In this document: positions 61,558 through 64,000 of the stretch, piece after piece
Numbering within the stretch: the first letter of the stretch is position 1
How the letters are laid out: each line of letters begins with the position of its first letter
NCBI GenBank assembly: GCA_051313645.2
Contig: JBNRSN020000011.1
Coordinates: forward strand, 96,224,001 to 96,288,000
Origin: Centroscyllium fabricii
Lineage: Eukaryota
Direction of reading: 5' to 3'
Length of the DNA stretch: 64,000 bases
Translations under genes and position numbers: made by a program
Notes under the pieces: model-generated
Told to the model about the DNA's origin: nothing
The model's database searches: none
What the model saw: only the letters and a program-made list of their open reading frames with translations

Positions 61558-62090
61558 AGTATCATAGAATCTTGCAGGCTAGGAGGCCTTTCAGCCCATC
61601 GTGCTACAGGCTAGGAGGCCATTCAGCCCATCGTGCTGCAGGCTAGGAGGCCATTCAGCCCATCGTGCTGCAGGCCTTTCAGCCCATCGTGCTACAGGCT
61701 AGGAGGCCATTCAGCCCATCGTGCTGCTCCAGCTATAAAAGAGCTATCGCCCAAGCCCCATTCCTCTGCCCTTTCCCCATACCCTTTCAATTTCTTCCTT
61801 TTCAAATATTTATCCTCTTCCCTTTTAAAATCCATTAAGTATTCTGCTTCCACCACTGTTTCTAGTACAGCATTCCATCTCTCAACAACTCTGCATAAAA
61901 AGGTTTCATCTAACTCCAGCCATTATTCTTTTGGTGCTCATTCTGAATTTATGTCCTCCCTTTACCAACTCGATCCTGTGAAAATAATTTCAAAATATCA
62001 AATCCTGCATAACTTTAGGCCTCCATCAAATGGCCTCTTCCCCTTCTTTGAGCTAATGAAAAAGAGAGTTCACAGTTTTTCTGGTCTTTA
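61558..62090 (-). mobile_element. Decayed CR1 tail with about five tandem 31-bp duplications (61572-61725)
   Basis: Repeated CAGGCTAGGAGGCCATTCAGCCCATCGTGCT. Confidence 0.75.
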
Positions 62091-62096
62091 CTCAAA

Positions 62097-62797
62097 CACA
62101 ACTTGCATTTATATGGTGCCGTTATTGTAGAAAAACATCCCAAGACATTGCAGAATCACAAGGCAAAGAAAATGAATGCTGAACCAAAGATTATATCAAG
62201 AGGGGTGACCAAAAGCTTGGTCAAAGGTGTGGGTTTTAAGGAGGGTCTTGAAGGAGAGGTAGGTGGAGATGCAAAGGTTTATGCAGGAAATTCCATAGCA
62301 TATGGCCTAGATGGCTGAAGACACGGTCACCAGTGAGTGAGGGGAGAGGGATGCGCAACAGAGAGTTTGGTAGAGGTCATAAAGGGATTACAGAGATACT
62401 GAGGGGCATGGCCATGGAGAACTGTAAATACCAGGGTACGAATTTTAAATAGCAGCACTGTGGAATCAATACAAGTCAACAATGAAGAGGTGATGGACCA
62501 GCAGGACCTGGTGCAGGATAGGATACAGGCAGCAGACTTTTGGCTAGGAATATTGAAGAATCACATTTGGAGAGATGGATGACTGCTTCAGCAGAAAATG
62601 GGTTGATGTCAGGGCAGAGGCGGGTAATGTAATGGAGGCAGAAGCTGATGTTCTTTATGATGGAAAGGATATTGGGTCAAAAGCTCAGCTTGAAGTTAAA
62701 TAGGATACCAAGGTTTCAAATTCCACCTGATACAGTGGCTGGGAAGGAGATAAGGTTGGTGGCAAGGCGACTGAGTTTGCGTTGGAAGCCAAAGACA
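62097..62797 (-). mobile_element. Decayed L2 3' region
   Basis: CAACTTGCATTTATATG tail and GACCAAAAGCTTGGTCAAA motif shared with the other L2 copies. Confidence 0.75.
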
Positions 62798-63470
62798 AGG
62801 GGGCGGATTTTGCGGTCAGCAGCGCAGTAACAGCGTCCGCCGCTAACCTCAAAGATAGCTACCCACAACGATCTAACAATCTCTGTAGCGTCGATTTCAC
62901 CTTTCCTACATTAGTTTGAATCTGGCACCAAGTCTAGGCAACAGTGATGTCATCAAGCAGGCTATGCACCCAATCACATTGAAGAATTCAGACAGCAAAC
63001 CAGGAAATAAAATGGACCAATTCACATCAGTTCCAGTGATTTTTAAAGACTGCCATCCACAGGGACTTCAACAGCATACCCTGTGGAGAAGCAGGGAATC
63101 AATGACAGCAACTTGTGTATTTCTGCATTTAACTGCACGTGTGGATGTCAGAAGTTGCTGTCAGTTTCAGAGTAATAACAACAAACACTGACATGTTTTC
63201 ATCATTACAACTGCAAACTCCAGGCTTTGGTCCAACCACATTTATCAGCAGTAAACTTAATTTAGCATTCATCTGCCATATCTACCAAGTTGTCCAGGTC
63301 CTCCTCAAAGAGCTTACAAACCTCTTCAGGTAACACAACGTTGCCTAATTTTGGGCCCACTGACATTTCTTGCGACTACCCTCAGCGATCTAGGATACAT
63401 GCCATCAGAAACCGTGCCTTTTCTACTTTTAAGTTCCATCGATTCCCCCTCCCCCCCAGTATTACTACTT

Positions 63471-64000
63471 AAAGCCCCGCTTTCACTGGAGGCTACGAAA
63501 TCCCGATTTCTCCCGAATCTGAAATTTGTCCGATTCGTGGGTAATTCTTGCAATTCGTAAACGATTCGTGGTTGATTCGTGGTTGATTCGTAGAGGATTC
63601 GTAGAGTTCGCGTAAGTTCGCGTGATTTCTTTGATTTTTCAAGAAAGTTTTTGTTTGTCAAAAAATTTCGTGGGAGGGTTAACGAATGTCCAATTCGTGA
63701 TAGATTCCTAAACAATTCGTGACCCTTTCTTATCGTTCTTAACCCTTTCTTATCCTTCTTAACCGTTTCTTAATCGCTTCTTCTGCATTCCTGTCTATTC
63801 TTGGGCATTCTTGACTCCCTCAAATTCGTGGACCCACGCCGAATACATCACGAAACAGGCACGAATGTCCACGAATCAGGTACGAATCAAGTACGAATCG
63901 GTCGTAGTGGATTCGTACAGTAATTCGGCACATTCGTAACTGAGTTCGTTAAATTCTTACCTGATTCTTTGAATTCGTACTTGTTTCTTAAACCATTCTT
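63471..64000. mobile_element. Left end of a probable Harbinger-type DNA element with ATTCGT/ACGAAT subterminal repeats
   Basis: TTA-AAGCCCCGCTTTCACTGG start; many ATTCGT motifs; other end lies outside the window. Confidence 0.55.

Overview
Vertebrate genomic DNA, very likely from a shark or other cartilaginous fish (HE1-type SINEs, CR1/HER1 LINEs, shark-type Penelope ends). The window is mostly intron sequence of EFCAB14 on the minus strand. Six exons are located with consistent splice phases (59383-59531, 49685-49830, 34828-34926, 33267-33377, 24471-24662, 21020-21103), plus a candidate 33-nt micro-exon. Exon 1, the exon expected between 33267 and 24662, and the C-terminal EF-hand exons were not identified. 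The introns are full of CR1, L2, RTE and Penelope retroelements, SINEs and non-autonomous DNA transposons. The main discovery is a family of 12 Tigger/pogo-like, TA-targeting MITEs (TIR CAGGTTGAGCACCGTTAATCCG) built on arrays of TGCGCATGCGCA (NRF1-type) and AAAATGGC (YY1-type) motifs. Different copies carry different cargo that looks like the promoter and first exon of host genes: a CYB561D2-like first coding exon with its splice donor, a CENPW-like ATG exon in two independent copies, an RFX X-box/ATG fragment in three copies, and an acidic N-terminal coding fragment. This resembles a Pack-MULE-like gene-capturing system in a vertebrate. Also present are a minimal Penelope hammerhead ribozyme, 70-bp Penelope hairpins nested in the MITEs, and GC-rich minisatellites that grew inside transposons. 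Gene identities come from recalled protein sequences, not database searches, and repeat boundaries are approximate unless TIR/TSD positions are quoted.
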